Shown here piece after piece: positions 50,432-62,395 of a DNA stretch of 64,000 nucleotides. The notes beneath the pieces are model-generated. The model was not told where the DNA came from. It made no database searches and saw only the letters and a program-made list of their open reading frames with translations. Origin of the DNA: Vitrella brassicaformis CCMP3155 (lineage: Eukaryota; Protista; Chromerida). Where the stretch lies: NCBI GenBank assembly GCA_001179505.1, contig CDMY01000306.1:1-64000 (forward strand), given 5' to 3'. The translations under genes were made by a program, and so were the position numbers. The number at the start of each line of letters is the position of its first letter. Position 1 is the stretch's first letter.

Positions 50432-52836
50432 TCATGGTGCATGGAGTCGAACCATACCTGACACACACAGGCTGACTGGTATGCGCTTCCTCTTGGTGTC
50501 TGTGGCGTGGAAGCAGACGAAGGTCCAAACTTCGAGTTGGACGTTCCTTCCATCCTGACGGTCAACAATTGGTCTGTACATGCCTGTCTTGGTCCATCCA
50601 TCCATCACCATCCATCTATCCATCCATCCCCCCAAAGAGCACGTACGACACGACAATTGTCGGTGTGCATTGAGAAAAGAGGATGTCGCATCGTGTGTTT
50701 CTGTCTCCATCCGCAAATCAAAGAAATCGTCCAAGCAGACATGTCATGGCAGCTCAAACATACTTGAATGAAAAGGACAAAACTCGTTTGTGCTTACTGA
50801 CTGATACTTGTTCTCATCAGCAGCGGTCAAAAACATCAGCACAAGGACTGGCACATTGCGAATGATGATAGCAGTGCCGCTGATGCCCAGTGCCAGCAAG
50901 TGCATCCTGATGACGCCCGGCTCGGTTATGCTCTTAATCAGGGGCAAGTTGGCAGAGCGCACGAGGCAGATGTAGAGCGCACCCTCGAACAAGACTTCTA
51001 TCAGCACCATGATTCCCAGACCTACTAGCCTCTCTAGCAGGTGACGGACGGATGGAAAGAGGATCTGGCCGACAGTGATGTTGAACAGGTTGGTGAAGAT
51101 GAGCACTGTCAACTCGACCAAGCTGTAGGCATGCATTTGCTGCAGCAGTGGAGGCAAAACAAGTGTAGAATGAATGGATTTTCTTGTCTCTCGCTTTCCT
51201 TGCTTACATCGCTGAGACGCCGAAGGAATATCGGGTGATAACCAAATTGAACAACCTGAGTGGAGACGTCCAGAAACGTGCTCAAAGACATCATGGAATA
51301 GCGACTGGCCCCCTTGAAACTCATCATGGTCGTAGAAAGGCGGCTGAGTAGCCTGACTGGCGTCTGCTTATCGCGCGTTTCCTGAGTATCTTCAGCAGTG
51401 ACAGTGTTGAAGTGCCGATCTCGTACCGGCCTGTATAGGAATCTCACCAGATTTCTTCTCGCGGCACCACCTATGAGAACGAAATACGGAATGGCTAGGT
51501 CGGTAACGAAGTCGAATGATGCAAAAATCAAGCTCGACAGAAGCTGATAAGGAGAGACATGTCCAGGAAAGACGAGGAATGGATCTGACGCGAGAACAGC
51601 GTCGATGTGCCCACCCCTACCTGAGAGGAGATATATTCCATCTTGGCCTGGACGACCCTTGAGAAGAGTGCAAAGCCGAACGCTACAAACGTGATTGCTG
51701 GAGACGTTTGCAGGGCAGGGCCGTCCTTCAGAGAACGAACGATGCCAGTGACTGAAACACAGACCGAACACGCATGGAAACATGCTAATGTATCCATCGA
51801 TCGAGTCGCATTTCTTACGGGTAGCAACAAAGGGCGACACCACGAGCAGCCAAGTGAAGAGGACGCCTGTCTTCTCGCGATCTGTTGTTGCAGTCCGGGC
51901 AAGTGGCATAAAGTAGAGGCGTACGGCAAACGAAAGACAGATGACCACTACAAAAATGACCCATGTCTTGAGAATATACGCCCGCTTCCTGATTATCGTC
52001 GATTTCTGAGCCACTTGGCGAAAGACCCTGACAGGACAGGCACAACGACAGAGAATATGTGCCTACTATCACAGTTCCTCTCTCACATGAGGGGTACGAG
52101 CAGCGTGATGGGGTAATTCATGAGCGGCGCATATTTGTGGAGTTTCCGCAGGGTCTCGACGTGGTGGAAAAGTGCAAGAGCCACGTATGGGACAAACCCA
52201 GCAAGGAAGAAATACCAGGTCGTCCTCAAGCGGCGGACAGCCCCAATTGCGCTGCCCTCAGCCACAAGTAGTATCAAAGTCATATAGCATAGGGCAACGA
52301 TGATGCGGCGAGTTACATCAAGGACTATCCCTGCTGCTCTCGCGCTCAATTTCTCGCACGCCGACCAGTACGCCAGCCACACCAGGGCCCAACAGACTGC
52401 AAAGCCGACGGCTGCAATTAGGTGGAATAAGAGTACCTGGAAAGTGACAGACCTGAAAGGACTGCGACATTGCGCGAATCATTACCTTTGTGACTCGTCT
52501 TACAGTCGTCCAAAGCGGCTCAGGAGTGAAGACCGCACCAACGAATGAGCCTCCTTCATATTGCAAGTCAGTTTGGAACTCCTGAAAGGAGGCTGCATGT
52601 CCCGCGCATGCTCGGAATTCATTCACCCTTTCTTCGAGCTCCACCTCCTCTTTGCGCAGCGCTCTCCCGTCTTCTTCTCGGTCCTCATGATAGACAACCC
52701 CCTCTTCTGAGTAGGTTTCTGTAGGCAGACCGCAGGTCAAGTCGTTGGTCCCAGTGGCGCCTGTGCTCTCTGGGTCAATGACATTTTGCTGGTTCATCGC
52801 TGACTTTAAATCTCTCCACACGCGCGAGATCCGCAT
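50432..52836 (-). CDS. Hypothetical multi-pass membrane protein, multi-exon
   Basis: An acidic N-terminal tail is followed by many hydrophobic helices: IIVALCYMTLILLVA, WYFFLAGFVPYVALALF, TWVIFVVVICLSFAV, AITFVAFGFALFSR, LLSSLIFASFDFVTDLAIPYFVLI, LVELTVLIFTNLF and LGIMVLIEVLFEGALYICL. Exons join through GT-AG introns. The 3' end is uncertain. Confidence 0.55.
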
Positions 52837-52895
52837 GCAGACTGGGGGTCTGTCTTCAGGCCCCCACATCGGCGCCGTCCGTTCTTCCCCCTCCC

Positions 52896-54194
52896 ATGGC
52901 GAATGCTGCCTGTTCTCAGCACGAGGTGGACGTCCTTCTGCCCCACATGCCCTTCAAGAGCGCGATGCACATCTTCAGGAGGAAAGGTACACACATGAGT
53001 AATTGTCCACCTTTCCTCCGCCTGACCATGCAATCAGAATCCTCATTTTGGTCTTGTGTCCAGTGGACAACAACTTCCACTCGCCCAGAGGTGCGCATTC
53101 ATGAGTGAAAGCAGCACATTGAATGTGGGCCTCTCATTTCTCTCTCCCTCTCCTCTGTGTTCCCGGCTGCAGATGCATTCAGGTGCACGTCAGAGCAAAG
53201 TGGGGCGTGTGCGCCTCATTGTGTGCCTTGATGTCCGTCTGTCGGTTGTCCACACTGCAGAAGGTTCTCTGGTAGCTATGAGGGTGCGATGGACTTCCAG
53301 ACCTTCTGCAAGAATGCCCCCGACATCTTTGCGGAAGGTCTGGTTCTCCCCTGTGTGTATAAGCACTATATGTGCATTGTGCACATGCGCGAACTGCTAT
53401 TCATCCAGATTTCGTCAACGAGGCGTATTTGCGGCCTTTGTTCACGGCCATGGACCACGACAAGGACGGGGCCATCAACTACGGCGACTTCCTAAGGTAG
53501 GTGGCTGAACATCTCAGTAAGAATCTCTCTCTCTGTGTTGTGCGGTTGTGTGCCTGCAGGTGCGTGAGTGAGGTGCATGACTACGCGCCGTTCGTGGACA
53601 TTCCCGACATCGAGCACCTTGAGGGCATGCTGACGCTCGAGGCGGGTTGGTAGAAAGAAAGAAAGAAAGAAAGAAAGAAAGGCACACACCTGTCTGTCTG
53701 CATGCATATGCATTTCTTCCCACACACAGTTGTGTCTCCCTCCTTGCTTTCTGTTTGTCTTGGCAGCGTGGAACCTGCTGTTCCTGAAAGTCTTTGGGCG
53801 ATTCACGAGTATACAGGAGGTCGGTCCGTCACATATACACACCAGCGGACAGATGAGTGCGCGTCTGCCTACCTGCCTCGTAGTCTTTTCTCGGCATCTG
53901 CCGCGAGCGACTGCGCCAGCCGGCCAACGCGATCACGCCAGAGGACTTCCACGCGTTCTTGGACACCGTTGGGCTGCGGATGTTCGCTGAGGACGAGGAG
54001 GAGCTCTTCAAGAGGATCGACACGAACGGTATGTACGTGTAAGGCGTGTGTGTCTGTGCGAGGGAGGTGTATTCCTGTCTGTCTGTCTGTCTGTTTGTCT
54101 GCATGTATATGTAGGCGATGGTGTGATCGACTACCAGGAGTGGGAAAATGTTTTGATCTACGGGGCGGTGCATCACGGCATTGTCGTGCGGTGA
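52896..54194 (+). CDS. EF-hand calcium-binding protein, multi-exon
   Basis: Canonical loops DHDKDGAINYGDF and DTNG|DGVIDYQEW, plus degenerate EF helices (AMDFQTFCK, ITPEDFHAFL). Confidence 0.8.
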
Positions 54195-54413
54195 CAGTGG
54201 TGGTGGGTCGCGGGGGGGTTGGTTGGCCAGGGGAGGGAGGTTTTGCGTCGTTCCTTCTTCATGATGGCCCTAGGTCGATGAACGATTGATCCTTACGCGC
54301 ACGCACACACGTATCGGCCTGATGTCTGACTCTTCCAGACCTATCGACGCCTGCATGCCTCAGGCCTTTCCATGAACGTCTTAGCCACTCACACATAGAC
54401 TTCTATCATCTCC

Positions 54414-55894
54414 CTATTTCCGCATCTTTGCCGCGGCGAAATGGAAGATGAGCACCAGGAGCATGATGGCCAGCAGCAGAGCAAAGCCGGGCTGTGTGAC
54501 GTGGGCGGCGGCGGTCATCTGCCCACCTCCACCGTATACATCTTCCTCACCCATACCCTGCATCCATTCACACACAATATCTACACATACATGCATGTGA
54601 TGGACGAAGGTCGCTTGTAGACTGACCGCGAACTGTCGTGTGTTTTCGCAGACTTTGATGGGCGTGCAGGTGCGCTCCTCAACGTCTTTGCCCTCACACT
54701 CCTTCCCGCCACCCTGACACACGCACACATACAGAGTGGCGCACAAGGGCAGAAAGAGAGAGAGAGAGAGAGATCGGTCTATGCGTGAGTGTGTATGTGC
54801 TGCTCTCCCCCATTTCCTCTCACCCGTGCTTCGGTCTTGACGGACCTCGAGCGTATTTGTTTGGGCGGCGTCTGGCCTTGGGGCGTGCACCTGAGTGTGG
54901 CGCAGACAGACAGGGAGGAAGCACAGCCATGTCTCCGTGTACATATGAATAGGTAGGCGGATGGATGTGCCAACGGCTTTGTGTGGCTCACGGCAATGGG
55001 CACTCCTGCCAATCGCCCCAGCCGCTCCACAAACAGTCACTGACTGGCAGCCAGGCACGCAGGCAGGCAGCCAGCACACCAATGAATGTGTGAGTATGAG
55101 TATGACTGTGAGTGTGAGTGTGTGTGCGCGTGCGTTCCGTCTGTGCAGCTACTGACCGCATCGTTCGGTGGTACATTGTTCAGTGTACGCCCTGTTCTCA
55201 ACGTCGCAAACCGTGTTCTTGCCGGGCTTCCTGCACACCACACGGCATGGATGCCCCACCCATCACACCGGTGTGTGACCGGCGAACCTTTTCCAGATGG
55301 GCTTGCGTGAGCGCTTGCCGCCCCCACAATCGACACGAAGACCGCTGAAGACACAACCGGGGCGTATAGGCATGTTATTTTCTGTAGGGACACAGGTAGA
55401 GAGTGCGGCGCTTACTCTGTTCCCAGGCACTCGCCCCACTCCTCCCAGGTGTACTCACAATCATACTCTGCCGTATACACACAGATGTGCATTCCCCGGT
55501 GTGTTGTGTGGGTTTATCTGCAAAGATCTCTCTCGCTCACCACAGTCGGGTAGGTCTCTTGTACAATCCTGTTTCCGTGTCTGGGGCTTACATCTCTCCG
55601 GCTGATATCAGAAAGTGCACACTCTATGGGATGGCCTGTGTCTATCTGTCTGTATGACATACGTCTTCCTTTGCCTCCTGTGTCTGCTCAAGCGGCGGGT
55701 TGTGGCCCTCAGGCTTACATCTGCACACACACGCAGTCAGGCAGGAAAGAGCCCCAATGCACCAGATTGATGCTCTTTGCAAAGGATGGCACGGTGGTCC
55801 CTTCCTCTCCCTGGCGGACATACGAGGCCGTGCACAGTGGGTCCCAGTCGCCGTATTCGCAGGGAGGGGGATCCTTGCTGCCGCCGCCACCCAT
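54414..55894 (-). CDS. Thrombospondin type-1 repeat membrane protein, copy A (about 230 aa, 9 exons)
   Basis: Spliced product: MGGGGSKDPPPCEYGDWDPLCTAS|CKPEG…DCTRDLPDC|EYDCEYTWEEWGECLG…CGGGKRSRKP…C…C|VSDCLWSGWGDWQECPLP|C…KQIRSRSV…|GGGKECEG…EERTC…|…FALLLAIMLLVLIFHFAAAKMRK*. Confidence 0.85.
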
Positions 55895-56230
55895 CAACGG
55901 TGCTCAAATGAGTCAGACCTCCACAACAACAAACGATTGCGCAAGGAGAGAAATGACGGTCAGGCACGGTGGCTCTTATGGCTGTGTGCCCGCGGTTTGA
56001 ACTCGACGTCGAGAGCGGGCACTGGGAGGGGAGTGAGGGGAATGGCCCCAAACGGCTGAGCTCGCGATTTTTTCCTTCCCTCCTCTCTCCCCAAGAGCGT
56101 TTATCGTGTCAGAGGAGGGGCCGCCACTCGTGCTTCATCCACTCACATCCCCCTACCCATCCATTTCCATCACCACACCTGGGGCTCCCAGTCGCCTTCT
56201 CAGCGGCCAGCACCGGAGCGTGATTCATTC

Positions 56231-57441
56231 ATGGCGGCGCTTCTCTCTCGGTTAACCACGGTGCTGCTCGCCCTCCTGTTCCTCACACACGGCGCCGTTG
56301 CGCAGCAGCAGGCCCCCCAGGAGCCCTGCAAGGAGGGCCACTCGTCGTGTTTCCTCATGCGGGGTCTCCAGCAAGTGTACGATCCGTACCTCACGGACTG
56401 GGGGAGCATCCAGTTCGACCCCAATACGCCTGTATTCGAGCGATTCGAGCGCCTTCTCGGGAGGTGCACTGACAGGAACCTTGGTTTGGGTGCTGGCCTG
56501 ATGCGCATCGTGAACGGCGACGGGACTCTGGTGTGGGAGGGGGCGTATGATGGCGGCCCGCCGGGTCGCAACGCGAAGCCGCCCCCGGTCACCCGAAAGC
56601 ATCCGTATGAGATCGCCAGTATCTCCAAGATGCTCACGGTGAGTGGTACTAGTTGATCGATGAATGGCCGGCCAGTCATGCACTTCTTGTGTTTTGTTGT
56701 CGCTGTTTCTGGTGTGTAAGGCGGCGACCGTTTTCACGTATGTCGACGAGGGCAGGATCAACCTGTCAGGTACCACATACATTGGTGAACAATCCCAAGC
56801 ACCGTCTCAATTGCCTGTGTGTCTGTCTGTCTGTCTGTCTGTCTGCAGACAAGATCATGGATCTGGTGCCGAATGAGACAAAGGTGCCCCCCACGCTGCA
56901 TCAGTACAAGGGCAAGTACTACACCGACCAGATAACTGTCCAGATGCTCCTCAACCACAAGTCGGGACTCCCGGAGTACTGGAGTGTGAGATACCCAGTG
57001 TTACCCACACACATAGATACACCACTGGCAGTGATCTGTATGTCATTGACAGTCGCCCGACTTCAACAAGACCTTCCTCGCCGACGTCAATCGCTGGTGG
57101 GAGCCAGAAGAGGTCATTGCCTTTGCCGCCAAGATGGAGGCCCATTACGTGCCATACACCGGCGAGGACGAGCCTTACATCGAGAAGTACGACCAGATGG
57201 CCGTGTACTACTCCGACACTAACTACATCCTTCTGGGGTTTCTGTTGGAGGAGCTGGAGGGCAAGCCGCTGGCTGAGGTTTACAAGTTGCGGCTGTACGA
57301 GCCCCTCAACATGACCAGCACATGGCTGCGTTATAGAGAGGAAGCAAGGTGGGTATGCCAGCTGCAGATATGGGTACAGAGAGAGACAGCACATCACACA
57401 CACGTGCAAGCCGCCACTCTCTCTGTGTCTCTCTCTCTGTT

Positions 57442-57479
<38 letters not shown>

Positions 57480-58347
57480 TGTGTGGCCACAGGAGCTCTC
57501 TGCCGATATTGAATCGTTACTGGAGCAAGCCGGCCATCCATGGCAATGAGCAGATCGACATGTCTCTGCACCGGCGGCAGACCGCCGAGTGGGCCGGCGG
57601 AGGGCTCGTGTCTACCAATGAGGACCTCATCAAGGTGCTGCGGGGCATCTTCGAGAGCCGTCGGCCAGGACCGGGCGGCCTCTACAAGAACAACGAAACC
57701 GTCCAGCGTTTCTTTGGCCCGGATGCCTTTCATATGCACGTGGATTACGACACCAAAGAAGTAGGTATCGAGTTGCATTGACTGCGTTGCCTTGGCTTGT
57801 GCGGCTACATAAAATGCATTTCGGTGTGTGTGTGTGTGTGTGTGTTGCGCTTTGGTGTTTGTCAGGGGCAGTGGGACAACGTGTACTCGTCTGGTATCTT
57901 CAAGGTCAAGTTCGACAACGAGGAATGGGGCGAGATCCTCGGCCACGAGGTGAGAGCGCCCTGATTAGATCTTATCCCTGTATCCCTGTGTGTGTATTGT
58001 CGTTCATCTTGTTTGGTCCATGCAGGGCTCCGGCAACAGCTTCGTCTACTGGTTGCCGCCCCTCGAAACATCCGATGGCCGCCGGCTCGGCGACTACTAC
58101 TTCGTCGGTAGGTCCCCCCCAGAGGTGCGTGCATTAATTGGTTGTGACTCAATCAGGCACGCTGAACCAGCTGGAGCAGCTGCCGGACATCCCCAACCTA
58201 TTCTGGTGGTTCGACGTCGTCTGGGAGACTGTCGAGCAGCTGGTCGATCTCGAAGTGCAAGAGAAATTAGCTGTCGAGATACCGCAGTTGCCAAAATATT
58301 TGCAAGAACGGCAAGCGGAAGCACAAAGGCCGGCGATCGAAACATAG
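56231..58347 (+). CDS. Secreted beta-lactamase-family (class C/PBP-like) serine hydrolase
   Basis: Signal peptide MAALLSRLTTVLLALLFLTHGAVA, SxxK motif (EIASISKML), ITVQMLLNHKSGL, YSDTNYILLG, PLNMTST, AGGGLVST and GHE|GSG. Confidence 0.9.
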
Positions 58348-58724
58348 TAACCTTTGTGGCCGGTACAAATAATGTGTTGCAGTGGCAGTATCCAGTGGCG
58401 CTAAGTCATTTGGCTCTGGGACTTTTCTTGCTTTCCTGACTGGATAGGCGACTGACCAATCAGTTGGTCTACGTATTTGTGTAGATAATCCCACCTCACC
58501 TCTCTCTTCTGCGCTTTTTTTGCGCTCGTTCCTCGCACCCCCCTTCTTGCCTTTCCAGCTGCGATTTTGGGTCGTCACTCATTAGTGAGTGGGTGGGTTA
58601 CGGAATTGCCGTCTGTCAGGGCTAATGACCAAAAGGGGGTGTGAAGGGGTGTCTGCAGTTGTGCTGCCTTCGTCGTGTATTGAAAGGGCAGGTGTTAGCG
58701 AATGTGCATTACAGTTTGTGTTTG

Positions 58725-58756
<32 letters not shown>

Positions 58757-58883
58757 AATTTGCATGGTTCATTCGCTGAATGCAATGCGCTGTGACGCTT
58801 AGCTTCTTTAAGCTTCTTATTCCTGAGGAGGGGTTCGTTTTGGAGCGTGATGTTGTGCTTTGGGCTTGAGCTGCTTGTCGCCT

Positions 58884-59133
58884 GTGATGGTGCCTGATCG
58901 GCCGTTTGGTTTGTGTCTGGATGCTGCTGCCTTTCATGCTGTGTGGTGCGCTTGTGTGTCTGTGATTGCGTTCCCGCCTTCGTGCCTTTCACGTCAGTTT
59001 GCTGATTGGCTTTCACAGAAACTGTGGTCGTAGAGTCGGCGATGTCTCGCACACAGAAAGGCACAAGAGCGGACCACACGTTATGAATGGCAGCAGCATC
59101 CAGACACAAACCAAGCGGCCGACCAGACATCAC
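58884..59133. repeat. Imperfect inverted repeat (arms about 58884-58960 and 59051-59133)
   Basis: The reverse complement of the left arm, atgaaaggcagcagcatccagacacaaaccaaacggccgatcaggca, matches the right arm atgaatggcagcagcatccagacacaaaccaagcggccgaccagaca with 4 mismatches. Weaker pairing continues inward. Confidence 0.8.
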
Positions 59134-59451
59134 ACATACATCAGTGTTGACTTCATTTGAGACAGAGAGACGTGAGAGAGGGTCGGTGATGTGTCCATAT
59201 GGATGAATTATACACGGAATACCACTCATCTCAGTGAGTAAGAGAGGCAGGGAGTGAGTGGCTGTGTGTTTGTCTATGGAGAAGAGGCAACAGGATTCCA
59301 AGAGATGGTGCGGGCGGGATCCTGCGAATCTTGGGGTGAGCATGCAGGCGGTGAGCAAATCGTCTTGACAGATCTTAGCAGACCTGAGTGTCTTCCTCGG
59401 GCCTATGTATAAGTCACGACGCGTGCCTATCCAGATAGTGCTCCACATGGT

Positions 59452-60644
59452 CTATTGCCTGCACGTTCTCACAAGCACTCTTCTACTCTCGAAGTGAGAC
59501 ATCAGCGCCAAAACCAGAACGGCCAGTAGCAAAGCAAAGGCGGGTTCTGTACCGTGTGAAGCCGCGGACGGCTGGCCACCGTCGCCATGTGTGTCTCCAC
59601 CATCACCCATACCCTGCATTCCATTCATCAACACCACAGCCATGGATGTGTGGGCCATGCAAACATGCAAACATGCAAACATGCAAAGAAGGAGGATGAA
59701 TGAATGAATGAATGGGTGGGTGAGATCATGCACTTCCTGGGTGACTGACTGACCGCGAGTTCTCTTTGCTCTTGTGCGCTTTTGCAGACGGTGAGGCCAG
59801 GGCATGTGCGCTCCTCATTCGCCTCACCCTCGCACTCCTTTCCGCCGCCCTGACTCACACACACACACACACACACCCCTGTGTGTGCTCCCCCCAACAC
59901 AGTCGTCACGTTTCTTTGTGTACTGGTCCACCCGTGCTTCGGTCTTGATCGATCTTGTGCGTGTCTGCTTGGGCGGCGCCTGGCCAGGAGGCGTGCACCT
60001 GAGTGTGGCGCAGACAGACAGGAGGAACACACAGACACACATGCAGACATGTCTCGACGTAATCGACCGTCCCAGCGCATGGACACACGGACAATCTTAC
60101 CCTTAACCACCACCACCACCCTGTCTCGACGCATGGCTGGCTCAACGCATGGCTGGCTCTATATGGTCGGTCGGTTGGCTTACGGGAGTGGGCACTCGTG
60201 CCAGTTGCCCCATTCCTGCCACTCACAGTCATCCACTGAAGGCATGCAAGACGTATATATAGGCACATGTGTGCACTTACATGCATGTGCTCACGTTCGT
60301 ATGTGTGTGTGGACTCATTTGTTCACCGCATTTGTCCGTGGCGCACTTCTCAGTGTACGCCTTGTTTTCAATGTCACACACCGTGTTCTTGGCTGTGGGC
60401 TTCCTGCATACCACACGGAGACACAGGTAGGTAGGCACATAATGAGTGCGCCAATCAGGTGACGCACCTTGTCCAGATGGGCTGGCGTGAGCGCTCTCCA
60501 CCCCCACAATCGACACGAAGACCACTGATGGATGAATAGCACACACGATTGGATGGATAGATTATGGTCTCACTTACTCTTTTCCCAGGCACTCGCCCCA
60601 CTCCTCCCAAGTATACTCACAATCATACTCTGCGTGTGCACCAC

Positions 60645-60697
<53 letters not shown>

Positions 60698-61110
60698 CTA
60701 GGTAGTGTACCGCAGATCGACTGTCTTTCACCGCCCCACTCACCGCAGTCGGGTAAGTCTCTCGTGCAGTCGTGGTTTCGCGTGTTGGGCTTACATCTTT
60801 CCGGCTGATATCAGGCATGCACACTCTGATGGATGGGCTGTGTCTGTCCGTCTGTTTGTGTGACTTACGTCTTCCTTTGCCGTCTGTGTCTGCTCAAGCG
60901 GTGGGTTGTGGCCCTCAGGCTTACACCTGCAAAGTGCAAACACACGCACACACGAACGACGAGCGAGTTAATGAATCTCTGCCTGCGCGGCGCCCGCAGT
61001 ATACACACACACGCATACACACATACGTATGTACTGTACGTTTCAGAGCAGGGCGGGGACCATTCCTGGTATTTGCAGGCAGGCTTCTCAGAGCTCCCTC
61101 CCCCGCCCAT
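59452..61110 (-). CDS. Thrombospondin type-1 repeat membrane protein, copy B (paralog of 54414..55894)
   Basis: Spliced product: MGGGGSSEKPACKYQEWSPPCSET|CKPEGHNPPLEQTQ…|EYDCEYTWEEWGECLGK…CGGGERSRQP…|VDDCEWQEWGNWHECPLP|C…KQTRTRSI…|GGGKECEGEANEERTC…|…FALLLAVLVLALMSHF…*. Intron positions and phases match copy A. Confidence 0.85.
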
Positions 61111-61349
61111 CGATATGATCCTCAACAGCTGACAACGGCGGAGTGTATGGCCCTCAATTTGTGGCTTCTATGCAGTGCAAGAGATGACCTGTGCACCTGC
61201 TCCCCGTGGGGGGTGAAAACCTTCGAGACGCGGGCCCCAAATATTAATGGATCGCGCTGCGAGCTCACCTCGCAGACCTTTTTTCCTCATTTTTCGTGCT
61301 CTAGATGCCGACATCTGCCTAACCTCATCGCAGCAATCAGCAATCAATC

Positions 61350-62364
61350 ATGATGTGGCTGCTCGCCGCCTTGGTGTTGTGGTGTGTGGCGCCTGTGCTA
61401 TCGCTGGCTGCTGTGGACATCCATGTGCACGTAGATCTGGGCCGCGATGATCTCTCGGTGGGTGTCAGGGGGCAGGCAGGCAGGCAGGCAGGCATGGAGA
61501 AGGATGCATGTGCATTATCTCTGTGCACGTGGTCCTTGTGTGTGTGTGGCAGATCTCTCCTAGTGTCAAGGCTGATGTGTTGAGGGCGGTCGGCGAGCAG
61601 CTGGACAAGGCGCTTGCCACAGATGGGTACGCATACACACACACAGACAGACAGACAGACAGGCAGACGGAGAGAGCATAGTCACTGTGTGAAGATGTGT
61701 GCATCAAATGTGTGCAGCAGTGGGATGGTGGCCAATCAGGTGGAGCACGACGGCATGCGTGTGGAGGTGCGCGTGACGGACTCGCAGCAGACCTCTTCCA
61801 GCCAATCAGATAATGAACAGGCACGTCTACTCACACACATAAAACTGTACGTGGGCATATCAGTGTGAGGTGCGTTGGTGCCAAACACAGGATCGAGTTG
61901 ACCTGTTGAAGTGCTCACTGCCGAGCCTTAGCGGCACGTCTTTTGTATGGTCGTCAAAGAGAGACCCAACAAGCTCTGGTGCGCACGCCCACACAGACAC
62001 ACGCAACCACAGAAAGGTACACGTGACGATGTGTGTGAATGGGTGTGTGTGGCAGGCCCCCCCGCTGCTCGTGGGGAGACCTCTGTGCAGTTGGGCGATG
62101 GCGCAGGGCCATGGTTCGACCTCTCGCACACACTCCAGGCAGCAGACGGTACGCACACACGCGGGGGCACCCGTGTTGGTATGTATGGATGGATGGATGG
62201 ACACAGATATGCGTCGGTCGTTCTACGGCCATGGGCAGCTGGTGCATCACGAGAGCGACGCATCCACACTCGACTATGACACGGTGCGGCCGTGCCCTGA
62301 GGACGATGCGGACGGTACCTATGCTTACCACAGGCACCTTGGCCACACTTGTGTGTGAATGTTG

Positions 62365-62395
<31 letters not shown>

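Noticed and set aside
53630-53730. Possible non-canonical GC-AG intron in the EF-hand gene
   Set aside because: A canonical GT donor a few bases downstream (gcgg|gttggt) restores the frame.
58582-59448. 288-aa minus-strand ORF
   Set aside because: Runs through microsatellites and the inverted repeat, has no coding-like composition and no recognisable motif.
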